From NCBI RefSeq assembly GCF_001194135.2, contig NC_068981.1, forward strand, positions 60,898,971 to 60,962,970: DNA of 64,000 nucleotides. The letters run 5' to 3'. Shown in pieces: positions 24,308-36,729 of the stretch. The DNA comes from Octopus bimaculoides. Lineage: Eukaryota. The notes beneath the pieces were generated by a model. It did no database searches. It saw nothing but the letters and a program-made list of their open reading frames with translations, and was not told the DNA's origin. A program made the position numbers and the translations under genes. Position 1 is the stretch's first letter. Each line of letters begins with the position of its first letter.

Positions 24308-25330
24308 AAGTTGTCCCTAGAAAAATTTACCCATTCATATTTCTTAATTATTCTAAACAAACGTAATGTAGGATAATGAAATTTAGCACACAAGTTCTAA
24401 TGTAAATTGTCAATCTATTGCAACAATTATATTTCAAAATTATCTCCTTTCGTGTTGATCATAACCTTCAAACTAGTCGTCACTGAGCCTCATGAGCACT
24501 GTATCACCTCGTCGTCCAACTTGACCCATGAAGACAAGGGATTTCTCCAGATTTGACGCATTTGAATGAGACCGAACAGAAACATTATTCGCTACGATGT
24601 ACCAGATAACAAAGTTCGTCGGATTAATGTCTGGCCTTGGGGGAAGTCAAAACCGCTGAAATGCAATTTGTACCACCTCCGTGCAATATAGGATGCGTGG
24701 TCTGGAGTCCCGTTTTGAGTGAAGCTGTAACAGTCACCAAATCTATCAATGACACTTTTTCATCCAACATTTTCACCTAAACTTCACTGTTGCCTTTGAA
24801 GCCTGCATCGATGAAGATGAGGGGAGGCTCGGACACATCAGATGAAACTGCGACGCACACCATGAGTGGTGCTGTCTTCTGACGGCATAAATGACTTTTG
24901 CTGCCTTCAGCCAAGTCTCCTGCATTACGTCCATAACGGCTGTCATTTTGACTGTTACTAACTGCCTCTACAGTGAAGATCTCATCGGACCAAATCAACA
25001 AGTTTTTAGCGGCGCGCTTTATCTCAGCTAACATGGTGTTACTCCGTTTCTACTTGGAAGCTGCTGAAACTAACTACCGGGATGTTTCTTGAATCTTCTT
25101 TAAATCCTCTTTCTATATCCTCTTTAAAAAACCTGTCAACTGACGATTTCGAAATATCAAGAGTTTTTGAAGTTTTTCTCACACTGCGGGGATTTTGGTT
25201 TATTCGCTTCTCCACAGCTTCAACAGTTTGTTTGGAGCAAACTGATCGTTTCCCACTTCCCCACTAGAGGTATTGAACACTGTTTTACAGCACACCTTGA
25301 ACTGTTTTGTTATGTCATTATTACACACTC
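24308..25330 (-). mobile_element. maT/DD37D Tc1-mariner transposon relic
   Basis: LLIWSDEIFTVEAVSNSQNDSRYGRNAGDLAEG..RQKTAPLMVCVAVSSD..PLIFID..NSEV, then FTQNGTPDH. A TIR-like end (TAagttgtccctagaaaaatttaccc) lies at about 24308. Confidence 0.85.
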
Positions 25331-25635
25331 NNNNNNNNNNNNNNNNNNNNNNNNNNNNNNNNNNNNNNNNNNNNNNNNNNNNNNNNNNNNNNNNNNNNNN
25401 NNNNNNNNNNNNNNNNNNNNNNNNNNNNNNNNNNNNNNNNNNNNNNNNNNNNNNNNNNNNNNNNNNNNNNNNNNNNNNNNNNNNNNNNNNNNNNNNNNNN
25501 NNNNNNNNNNNNNNNNNNNNNNNNNNNNNNNNNNNNNNNNNNNNNNNNNNNNNNNNNNNNNNNNNNNNNNNNNNNNNNNNNNNNNNNNNNNNNNNNNNNN
25601 NNNNNNNNNNNNNNNNNNNNNNNNNNNNNNNNNNN

Positions 25636-25667
<32 letters not shown>

Positions 25668-25674
<7 letters not shown>

Positions 25675-26694
25675 ATCTCATAAATAATGAGTTTTGTATA
25701 CTTCTTTTATTCTTCAAAATTAAGATAAACAAAGTTATTTTTTTATCTAAAATATACTCTCCTCCATTTTCTACATTGCACTGCCATCTATCTGGTAGAC
25801 CTACAAGGTACTTCTTTCAAAATTTACTTGGCTGTCACGAAAATTACTATACTCCTCCAGTACTGTTCTAACCTCGTCTACAAAATTCATATTTTTTCTG
25901 TCAAGATGATTTTGAAGACTGCGGAATAAATGATAATCCGATGGGGCAATGTCCGGCAAATATGTTGGGTCGGTCATCGTTTCCCATTGAAATTGTCCAG
26001 ACATTAGAATGTCATCGGTGCTGTATGTGGCAGAGCATTATCCCGATGAAAGGACACCATTCTTCTTAGAAGCAACGATTAACGTTTCTAGCCGCTCAAA
26101 CTGCTCTCAGTAGATCTCCTTTGGTACTGTTTGGCTTGTGTTTAGCAGTTCAAAGTGGACTAAACCTTTCATATCCTACCTAACAGTACACAACTCCCTA
26201 CGAGGGTGAAAACCTTCTTTAGCTTGGACTGCCGCTGTTTCTTCTCTCCCTACCCACTGTCTTCGGTGGTTGACATTTTTATATAAAACCCATTTCTCGT
26301 CACCAGCCACTATTCCGTCCAAAAAAAGGTTCATTCGTGAGACGTTACTGCAAACAATAGCACACATTCACTCTCTGCGAGTCGGAAAGTTTGTGAGGAA
26401 CACGTTGACCTAATTTCCTGATTTTTACCATGCCACGCTGGTGTTGATGAATGGTTCAATGGCTAAATCCAAGAATCTCTGCTAGTTCCTCTACAGATAT
26501 GATGGGATTTTGTTCACCAGGTTTTGCAGGGCGTCCTCGTCGAGTTCTAAAAATCTTCCACGATGAGGCTTATTGTCTAGACTGTAGTTTTCGGCTCGGG
26601 ATTTCTGGAACCATCGCTGACACTTGCTTATGCTTACTGTCTGATCCCCATGTACTGTATTAATATTCTTTCCATTGCGCTGTTGCCTTTATTG
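25668..26694 (-). mobile_element. Mariner (DD34D) transposon relic, 5' end lost in the gap
   Basis: TA|ttggattatctcataaataatg TIR at 25668. Motifs: RVPH, IVAGDEKWVLYKN, YLPDIAPSDYHLFRSLQNHL. Confidence 0.9.
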
Positions 26695-27190
26695 NNNNNN
26701 NNNNNNNNNNNNNNNNNNNNNNNNNNNNNNNNNNNNNNNNNNNNNNNNNNNNNNNNNNNNNNNNNNNNNNNNNNNNNNNNNNNNNNNNNNNNNNNNNNNN
26801 NNNNNNNNNNNNNNNNNNNNNNNNNNNNNNNNNNNNNNNNNNNNNNNNNNNNNNNNNNNNNNNNNNNNNNNNNNNNNNNNNNNNNNNNNNNNNNNNNNNN
26901 NNNNNNNNNNNNNNNNNNNNNNNNNNNNNNNNNNNNNNNNNNNNNNNNNNNNNNNNNNNNNNNNNNNNNNNNNNNNNNNNNNNNNNNNNNNNNNNNNNNN
27001 NNNNNNNNNNNNNNNNNNNNNNNNNNNNNNNNNNNNNNNNNNNNNNNNNNNNNNNNNNNNNNNNNNNNNNNNNNNNNNNNNNNNNNNNNNNNNNNNNNNN
27101 NNNNNNNNNNNNNNNNNNNNNNNNNNNNNNNNNNNNNNNNNNNNNNNNNNNNNNNNNNNNNNNNNNNNNNNNNNNNNNNNNNNNNNNNNN

Positions 27191-27222
<32 letters not shown>

Positions 27223-27599
27223 GTATAGATGTAAGTATGTACATATACGTATGCATATATGCATACATATATATATAATTTGTATATATATGTGTGTATG
27301 TGTTTGTGTGTGTGTGTTTGTGTGTTTAAACATCTGTGAGCTTATTTCGGTTTATGTGTTTGCATTATGTTTGGTTTTTGCTATTTTAACTGGGTTTAGG
27401 ATAGACAGATATCTCATATTTGTTCAAAATTGTGTAGTCTGTCATCTGAACACTATTACTAATTCTTACTTGTACTTATTTGATCAGTCAGTATCGAAAG
27501 GCAAGTTACGATTTCATATGGTCATACTGAATTTGGTGCATCGTTTTACTTCATTTACAAATGCATACAGAAATACGCATTGAGACATGGAACCACACA

Positions 27600-28720
27600 T
27601 ACAATTCATTGAAATCTACCGAGGCATTAAATGAGAGGAATACGTTTGCAGAATGTTGAACGTTAAATTAGAATTAGTTAAATGTTGCAGTCTCTGTAGA
27701 GAGGTTAAAATTGATCAAGAAAAGATAAAAGAACCTTCTTAGATGAGAAATCTGATGGAGCAGATAAAATTCTCAATGCCGGAAAATAGAGGAATCGGAA
27801 GCATTTATGAAATTATGAACGAGATAGCAGAAAGAATAAAGCGATCAAAAAGACTAGCTCCGCGTAGAATTGATGCGGAACAAATACCATCTGATATAAA
27901 CATTCAAGAAAGAATTTATTAATGCAGACATGAACAAGGCTTTTGATGGGAGAAATGCTTAGGAAATTCTCAAACCACAAGAGTAGGTGAACGTGGTTGC
28001 ACATGAAATATCCGTGGAAGAGATAGTGAGAGCCATTGAGCTAATAAATAGAAAGTCATGGAATAGGTGGAATTTCAGGAGAAATGCCACAAACAGATAA
28101 ACTTGCAAATGAAATAGTCGCATTAAAACAATTTGGTTATATGAACTATTGAATACTTTCCTCAATATTGGACATTTTTTGAAAACCAAAAATAGTATTT
28201 AAGATCGTGTGCATGTAAGAAGGTATAACCTTTAACAACATAGGTGGCAGGGTATTCAGTTTATCAACATGATTAATATAAATATTGCTTAGGGATGAAC
28301 AAGAAAGTTTCCGATGGTACTGAGATTATAGTAATACGCAGAATAAATGCATATGTCGATAATGGCTTTATGTGACATATTGAAAAGGGCTTTAATTTAG
28401 AGTTTGAGTTACTATGATGCTATGGCTGAGGTATAATCATGTCAGAGCTATGAGAAAAATGCGCGAGAGAGTAAGTAGATGAGAAACAATTGGATGGATC
28501 TATGGAAAATAATTGGCAGATTTGGACAATGCGAATAATAGGGTTTTTTATTATTTTTGAAAAGCGCAAGACTCTAAAATGGAATACAAATATGATTAAA
28601 TAAGAAAATATATAAAGGTAAAAATGAAAAAAAAAATGAAATTGTATGAATCAAGGAAGAGGACAGATGAAATGTACTACTGAATAAGCCCATTCCAGGA
28701 GAATAAAACAGGTTTAAACA
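27600..28720 (+). pseudogene. Highly degraded RTE-like LINE ORF2 (linker + RT)
   Basis: ENRGIGSIYEIMNE, EISVEEIVRAIELINRKS..WLYELLNTFL and GWIYGK*LADLDNANN (cf. 'GI.WT...LEDLDFADD'). Large internal deletions. Confidence 0.5.
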
Positions 28721-28877
28721 TCTTGTAAATGTAACTAGGTGTTTTTGAATTTACAAAAGTGAAATTAATAACAATTTTAAGAAAGCAATGTGTAAAGTGT
28801 TGAGTGATTAACAATCACGTCGATTGCCAATTCAGTAAAAATGAAATTGTGGTGATCAATAATGAATCGAGTTTAGT

Positions 28878-29003
28878 ATTCTTTTATTTGTTTCAGTCAT
28901 TTGACAGCAGCCATGTTGGAACACCACCTTAAAAAGTGTTTTTCAGTCGAAGAAATTCACCCCAAGCTGAATCCTGTACCATGTGGTTCGGAAGCAAGCT
29001 TTT
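28878..29003 (-). mobile_element. SINE family C fragment (internally deleted)
   Basis: The tail tttgtttcagtcatttgac..gccatgttggaacaccacc is joined to the head ccatgtggttcggaagcaagct. Confidence 0.6.
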
Positions 29004-29289
29004 TTTATTACATGAAGATTGGCCATAAATGCCTTATACAGAAAAAGAAGCTGCGGGCTGGACAGTCATAATGTTATGTGAATGAAAAAAATAATGGTGA
29101 TTAATAAATAAATGGGAGGATCAAGCAGCGCCCACCGACTGTCTAATCCCTGAAAACATTGTTCTCTTATATGTGAGGCAACAAGCCTCTTACACTGTTC
29201 GTTATGTTCATTGCTACAAAAACAGGAGGCATTACGCCACATACTTTGTTTTAAACAAAATGAGGTTTCAAACCCCTCCTCAATTCATA

Positions 29290-30552
29290 ACATTCAGGCT
29301 TTTCAACCATAGTCCTCCCCAGCATTGCTTGTGACCACATCTTCCACCATCGCCCACGCCTCATTTAAGCACACAGCGAGTGGCGTGTCGGCTTCGCCTG
29401 GCAACAAGCGAAATTCCTCATTAAACCACTTCAACCTATGTAGCACGGCCAATGTTTTCACATCCACAGCTATCTGCGGAGGCCATTCGGGATCACGTGT
29501 GCAGGTCAAAGTTGCTCCCTTCTGGTGTTTTTCCAACACCTCCTCCAACTCTCCGCCTCTGTAGAAGAAGANNNNNNNNNNCAAAGTTGCTCCCTTCTGG
29601 TGTTTTTCCAACACCTCCTCCAACTCTCCGCCTCTGTAGAAGAAGACCAATAATTCCTCTTCTTCCGGGGACGAAGTAGCTACTTCCGCCGTCGGTGGCA
29701 CAATTCTCACCGAGGTAGCTCAACCGACGGCATACCGTTTTTTCCTTTTTTCCGGTGGGAGGGTGGGAGTCCTCCGGTTTACCCGAGGGCTTTAATCACC
29801 TTTCCACCTCTACATTATTTATGTGAGGTTTCGGCGTGCTACTATCAATGCTCGCCTTTCTATTTTTCCCTCTTTCAGGTAAGGCCTCCGCCTCCTCATT
29901 TTTTTCCACCTGCTGAGAAGGACTGCGTTCTTTATTAATTGACTGCTCCTGGGCCACTCTGTGGTCCCGGCGACAATCCTTCTTTATATGGCCGGACTCC
30001 AGGCACCCGTGACACATAGTGGAGGTGTCCCTCAAGGATCACTGTCAGCAGCTAACTGGATCCACAGAGTCAACACAACTTTAGCCCCGACCCAATCAGC
30101 TGCCAGCAACAGTTCTACATTTAACAATTTGGTGTCCATACGGCCACAAGTCCCCGTCGGATAGTTTCTGTTATCCCCTCGGGCTTAACCCCTGGCGGTA
30201 ACCCACACACCCACGCATGCTGGCATTTGCTCCCACAATACCAGGGGAGAAACAGAATCCTTTCCCCTTCCAGGGGCTGCCTGGCGAACTTACCCGCCAT
30301 TTCCGGGGTCTCGAACAGCAACCATATAGTTGCATATTTGGGGCCGCTGTCAATATGCCCTATCGTCGGCATATATTCCATCGGATCTTCTATCTCTGGT
30401 CTGGAAAAGGGTACAATGGTGCTCAAGGACCTTGAATAATTCCTCAGAACCACTATCCTCTCTTTCAAATCTTTCAGCCATTCTTTGGATGGGTTGATCT
30501 CCCACTCCAAATGAATGTTATTATTATTTGTTCTTTCCATGTTCACAGTCAA
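29290..30552 (-). mobile_element. L1/Tx1-clade LINE ORF1 (gag-like) pseudogene; no ORF2 follows
   Basis: MERTNNNNIHLEWE..LFLPWYCGSK..VCGLPPGV, then a CCHC knuckle CHGCLESGHIKKDC (about 29975-30017) and a C-terminal domain. Frameshifted. Confidence 0.8.
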
Positions 30553-31132
30553 CTGTAGAACAAAAGTTAAAACGAAAAAAAAGCAAGAAAGAAGGAGAAA
30601 AGGAAAGAACACAGTTTAGAAAAAAAAATAGAAAAAAATGCACATATAAATGTCCACTGGCTTCTGGCCTATTCAAATTCCTGGCCTGGCTAATCCGATA
30701 GAGGTAATCCACAATATCCAAATAATTTTATCCATAAAAACTGGTGTCCGCTGTATAATTAATAGCTAGCAGCGCTTAAATGTCCATAGACAGACAAAAA
30801 TCCAGTGACGAACGTCTTCAGTAAAAAAAAAGTTTCAATAGAAAAATGTTTGCGTTGCGGGATACGCCCCCTAAGAATTTTTCGACAAAACCAACGCAAC
30901 CAAAGGCGAACAAAATTGCCTCGAGACTAGAGGAGATACATTAATAGTGAAACATAACAATAAAATACGAGTAACGCACCCCAACTGCGTCCCCAAAACA
31001 AAGTTTCTCCTACCTTCAGGCTGCTAATATCTTTTCGTAGACTTAATCCACACCAGAGCTAAATTTAGCTGTGTTGTCATTATGGTTAGAATAACCACTC
31101 CAGTTTGCACATGCGCCGTGAGGAAAGCAAGC

Positions 31133-31230
31133 TTCTTTATTTCATAAGTATTTGCCATAAAGGTATTACAAAGAGGGGCCGAACAAGGACAGACAAACAT
31201 AAAAGGGGTGAAGTAGCTGTATCGATTAAA
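31133..31230 (-). mobile_element. SINE family A tail fragment
   Basis: agagggg.cgaacaaggacagacaaac matches 10687-10711. Confidence 0.55.
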
Positions 31231-34200
31231 TATTTACAATTTTAAATACACAATACAAATTGGATTATAAACCACACCTAGAGCTTGGTGATGACCATCC
31301 TGGTAAGCAAGTACTTCTCAGAGATAGGTACCTAAACTGTCGCCCACTATCTCTATAGTTCATGCAGTCCTCAACATTTTTGTTCAACAGGCTACAGACA
31401 GACTGCAGGGGCATTCGACTTTAAGATGAATAAAGCTGTCACAAGGGTCCTGGAACCTTTATTTGGAGAAGATCCATGGGGCCATCACAAATGCATTGAA
31501 GGAGATCAACATTTTGCACATCTTCCAAATTAATGAATATTACTCTACAAACGTCTGACCTGTTATTCCAGAAAAAAATCTAATTTTTTCCCACAGAAAA
31601 ATCTCCTGGTGATGTCAGTATCTTGCGTGTTTTAACGTCAATGGAGTAGATTCCATCTAGACACCACTCAAATACTCTTGCCGTTCGAATCACCAATGCT
31701 ACTGCAAACGCATTGTGGGATATCGTCTTGTAAGAGAATTCTAACTTGCTTGTTTTCTAAGGGTAGCATAATATATTCGTATCAATCTGTACATTATGTG
31801 TGTATGCATTATGTATCTAAATATATTTTTAAGTATGCATGAGAGTTTGAATGTATGTATGAATATATTTATATATATATATATATATATATAAGGTCCA
31901 CCTGAAATAAATAAACCGATCGTTACAGATTAATATATATAAGCATTCGCGAATGTATGTTTGTAAGTTTTAGAAGTCTTTGTAGCTGTCTAATAATATA
32001 GCATTAGTTCTGCAAATGCTAAATAACAAGAGAGAGAGTGAAGGAGGAGAGAGAGGGAATGAGAAATAGGGTGGGTTGGAGAGCATTTTGTTATAGAATA
32101 TATGTGCCATATTATAACATGGAAGGCATTATTGCAGAAATCTATCGATTTTGTTAACCAGAACGTGGAATTTCAGGTAAGGTTATTATATTTAATGTTT
32201 AAATGAATGGCTTTCAGTATGAGGGTCAATAGTTTCATATCTTTCTATGTTTGTAATTCTTAAAACGGAGATATTTTTTTCTTGTCTCTGGTATTTCGAT
32301 TTAGGTATAAAATCTGCTATTTCAATGCGTGTCTGGCTAAAACATCAATCTTGCAGTTTATGTTGTATAAATTTATATCATCTCAGCAAGAATATCAGAG
32401 CTCACTAATTTCGAATTATTATTTATGTTTCGAGTTTGTAATGTAACAACTGTAGAACTATCTTAAAACTTAAGCATATACTATTAAATATTCAATATTA
32501 TTTTTCCGAATTCACTTTTGGTTTTAATTCGGAAAAGATAGGAAAATAAACTTTATACGATATAGAAATAAATTTATTTCTCAAACTCGTGATAATGCTA
32601 TAAATAGCGTGATCAGGATAAATTATCCATATAATGCAGAAAAAATACGTTGCCGGCCGAGCCTGCTTTACTGCAAAATTTGAAACCGAGAGTAGAACTT
32701 AGATATACAATCAGAAAAGTATTTTTAAGACGTTGAAATGTGATAAATATTTGACTAAACTTTAAGCGTGGAGATGCAGATACACCTAGAAAAAGTATTA
32801 TTGATAATCAACTTATAATCAAAATTTCTCTACTCGTGACGACCCCAACAACTCTTTCTGCGATATAATGCATTTAAAATAATATTTTGTATCTCATTCC
32901 TATTTTGAGTATTATCTGGTGTACTTAAGATGGTTTAGATTATATTTTGAAGTCGACATGTGTCATTTCAGTGGCATTTTATTTCGCTACTATAACCATA
33001 CGATTCACCTATATACATATCTTGGTGAAAAAGACACTTTCCATGATGACGTAAAGTCAGTCTTTCAAGAGCGAGAAGGAAAGAAAGTATTTTAATATAT
33101 CAATCGGAAGGCAACATTAGTATACGCATTGAAGGAAAAATACAGTACAAAAAGTTATAATGAAACGCATACGATTGACGCGGAATCTTTCGTCAAACCC
33201 GTGGGAAGGCTGTATAATATGATATTACAGGAAGGGATTTCGTAATTCTTTTGTGGTACAAGTATATAGCTTTTCATAAAATAATCACTCATACATATTG
33301 GTTGGCTAGATCGACATACCACACTGGTATGTTATAGTAAGAATAAATCTTGCTGGCAGAGAAATTTCTTGTGATTGTTATAACGTAAGTTTTGATGACA
33401 GGGCAGGTGAACAGAAAGAAATATGAATGTGCACCTAGCAACATTTAATAATTAAGCTGTTCCATCCGAGGTAAGAAAATATTGCATGATATTTGTAATA
33501 GTTTCACCTTATTAAAAACAGTCACTTGCTTTCATTCCGAATTCATGGCTACTGAAGTCACTATCTACTACATTAGTTACTGGTATCGAAAGGCTATCAA
33601 AAACATGATCTACTATTCCCACCATTGAAAATATTCCACACTGAATCCAACATATAACTTTATGTCAAGGATATAATGATTTATGTGTGAAATATAAACG
33701 CTAGAGAGAATACGATATATTCATCGCAAAGTTTTCTGCTGATAGAGAAAAACGAATTAGTCAAAAGAAAAGTTCATTTTGGACAACTGTAGGCGGAAAA
33801 AAACTATTCTTTTATTTTAAAATCATGGAATCAATGGTTCCACATTATGTGTCCTAAAGATATCTAGGTATTGCGGAAATATTATATCAGAGAAAGAGGA
33901 CTAATAGTCAAAGAATATTATATCAGGCTAAAAGATATAGGGTAGTTAGTACTTTTATACACAGCAAGGTTATTTCCCACAATGCATTAGCAGTGCCGAA
34001 GCTGATATTTATATTTGGGACACTTGACTAGTAAATTCCACTCCGTAAATATCAAAATTTGTAACATTCATCGATTCACTTCAAAACTTTGCAGAAGCAA
34101 TGATGTTGTGAGACTCAGTCTCAGGTAAAGAAACAGACCAGCCGACATACTTTACGCATGCGATTTGTCAGATTTTACTTAGCTCAACACGTAATAGCTA

Positions 34201-34421
34201 TTGTTCTTGTCTGAATTTTAAGTGACGGAGCGATGTATGTATGTAAGTATGTATGTTGTATGTATGTATATATGTATGTATGTATGTATGTCATTGTTCA
34301 ACTTCATTTCAAGATTTCTTGCCAATAGAGAAAGAGCCAGTTTCTAACCTAGATTCAAGGTTCCTTGAAATGTGAGGCATTTTAGATAGGAAGACAGTAT
34401 GTAAAACACTTTATGAGACAG

Positions 34422-34752
34422 ATAGGTGCAGGCGTGGCTATGTGGTAAGAATTTTACGTCCTAACTACATGATTCTAGGTTCAATTCAACTGTGTGGTAC
34501 GTTGGGCAATTTAGTTCCAGACAGACCGAAGCCTGAATTTTTGTGAATGGAATTGGCAAGTGGAAACTGAAAGAAGACTGTCATCTGTGTGCATATATAT
34601 TTATGTGTGTTGCTTGTCCCTTAGAACCACTTGACAATCGGGTGTTGGTTTCTTTATGTCCCTGTAACTTAGCAGTTAATCAAGAGACACTGGTAAAATA
34701 AATACCAGACTTAAAACACAAATTATGTATTAAGGTTAATTTGTTCTACTAA
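34422..34752 (+). mobile_element. SINE family C, degraded
   Basis: ggtgcaggcgtggctatgtggtaag...ggttcaattc...ggaaactgaaagaag...gtccctgtaacttagcagtt. Confidence 0.75.
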
Positions 34753-35160
34753 ACGCTACTGAACTCGTTAGTGAAAAGAGACCCCGACGGAAACCAAGGC
34801 TACCATTTAAGGACTGTGTCAAATCCTCATGAAAGGCCTATGATGTGCAGGAGACCGACTGGGAGAGGAATACCTGTCATCACCACATATGGAGGAAGCA
34901 GGTAAAGGTGGGGTCAACATCTACGAAAAAGTACGTATTCTGCATGAAAAAGCTAAGCGTGCTGTTCGAGATGACACTGCTAGCATTGTGAATAGAGAAA
35001 GCTTGGTTTACAGTGTTTGTAGTCGTGTATGTTTGTGAAGAGCAGCGCTCATTAGCCACCAACGGAGTCGCAAATGCAAAATATTAGTTAGTCCTAGAGA
35101 GCACAATATTCCTAAAGGTCAGTAACGGTCATCCTCGGTCAAGAGTGGACGGCCATCTTG
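34753..35160 (+). mobile_element. RTE/BovB-like LINE 3' end
   Basis: KRPRRKPRLPFKDCVKSS..DWE..IWRKQV..YEKVRILHEKL.RAVR..YSVCSRVCL*RAALISHQRS (decayed C2H2-like motif), and a short 3' UTR ending ggtcatcctcggtcaagagtggacggccatc. Confidence 0.8.
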
Positions 35161-35257
35161 TATCTAAGTATGTATATATTTTGGTATGCATGTAAATATG
35201 TAATTACCTTTGTTTCTTTGTCTTTGCATACATATGTTGATACATACATATTTACTT

Positions 35258-35258
35258 C

Positions 35259-35290
<32 letters not shown>

Positions 35291-35345
35291 ATAGATAGCC
35301 ACATACATACATACATACATACATACATACATGTATACATACATA
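35258..35345. repeat. (TAGA)n(TACA)n tetranucleotide repeat
   Basis: Directly visible. Confidence 0.9.
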
Positions 35346-36148
35346 TGTTACATATATAATATATACCTTCATACAAATATACATAAATACATACATAACT
35401 ATATGAAAATAATCAGCCTCTGAACTGTCATTTAAAAGAAATTGTATTAAATTATAGGTTTATTTGTGCGATAGAATAATGAATTCCTTCAAGTGAAATC
35501 CAATGGTTTTTCAAATAAGAACTTTTTCAATGTTTCAAGCATGGTATCAAAAGTATACTGGAAATTTTCATTAAAACTTCGCCTATAGAAACAAACTACG
35601 GCTGAAGATTCTAATTAATGGAAACTCAAGATGGTGAAATTAAGAGAATATCAAAATATATCAGAATCAATGACGTGTGGCTAAATCATTATTTTTATAT
35701 TCTTTCATAAATAAATACTTAATGGGAAAAACATAAGAATAAACAGAACCGTCTATATATGAAAGAAAACAACAACCTGTTGGATATGTCTTTATATACG
35801 TAGACGAAAATCTGTATATAAAAATTAAGAAAAATACGTAAGAAATTTGCTCGGAGCTTGCGGATATTAAGTGCCAAGTCTTGATAAATTAACATTCTTT
35901 GCCTTTATACTAATACATATGAATTTTGAATGTTTTGTTATAATCTACACGTTAATAATTCAATAGTTTATTTTAGCTTTTGGAAGTTTTAATCAAAACA
36001 GAATGTAACTGAATGCTATTGACTTAAACACGCATACATACAAATACAAAGGTACACAGACATACGCAGGATACCACAAAAACACACACGCACAACCATA
36101 TACATAAATTCAGAATTAGGTAAGTTGAAGAATGTTTGTCAAATATTT

Positions 36149-36308
36149 GAACTGCAGTTTCCGTGGATAATAAATCTCTCTCATGGTAAAAAGTTGTGAA
36201 AACATCCTGTTCGTTCAATGTCGCTATCTATTTGGAACCCCCAAAAGATGGTGACACAGAACATCTTTTACCAAAAACGAGATTTATTTTCCACGGTAAC
36301 CGCAGTGC
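36149..36308. mobile_element. Short palindromic MITE-like element
   Basis: The arms actgcagtttccgtggataataaatctctctcatggtaaaaa and ttttaccaaaaacgagatttattttccacggtaaccgcagt are inverted. A second copy lies at 38278-38375. Confidence 0.7.
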
Positions 36309-36729
36309 ATTTGCCTTTTATCAGTTCAAATATGTGGCGAACATATTTCAGCTTACATAATTCTGCTCATACTTACAAACTCCTTAGTGCTGACACTTCG
36401 TTATTTACCTCGGTTGGGCGATCTACTAGCGCAAATCAGTCAACGTGGTGACAGAATTTATATATAAAGCTACGGCTTTAATAAGTTCGTTTAAAGTTAC
36501 CTCTCTTACACACATCTGCTACTGGAATCTTTGCTATTGTGAGTCTTGTTTTTTGTTGATGAATTTTGTTAACGGTTACACTGTTATTGGTTTTGCTTTG
36601 TGGATCCCTGTCTGGATTGAACTTTTATCGTCTTTTTCACAGTGTTTTCGCTCTACGGGGCGGAACATTGTTGTGTTTTGTGAATTTTACCCGTTGAAAT
36701 ATTCCTTTTTTCATTTTTGTCATTTGTGA

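Noticed and set aside
29507-29646. Exact 65-nt tandem duplication inside the LINE ORF1 (FFYRGGELEEVLEKHQKGATL twice)
   Set aside because: The two identical copies flank a 10-N gap, which is typical of an unmerged contig overlap and not biology.
28990-31165. Similar 45-nt sequences (aagcaagct..ttatt..gccataaa) on both sides of the ORF1 LINE, a possible long TSD
   Set aside because: Only roughly three-quarters identical, and each side is largely explained by separate SINE remnants.
32880-33270. About 130-codon plus-strand frame with few stops (..HLYTYLGEKDTFHDD..)
   Set aside because: No recognisable homology or splice context.
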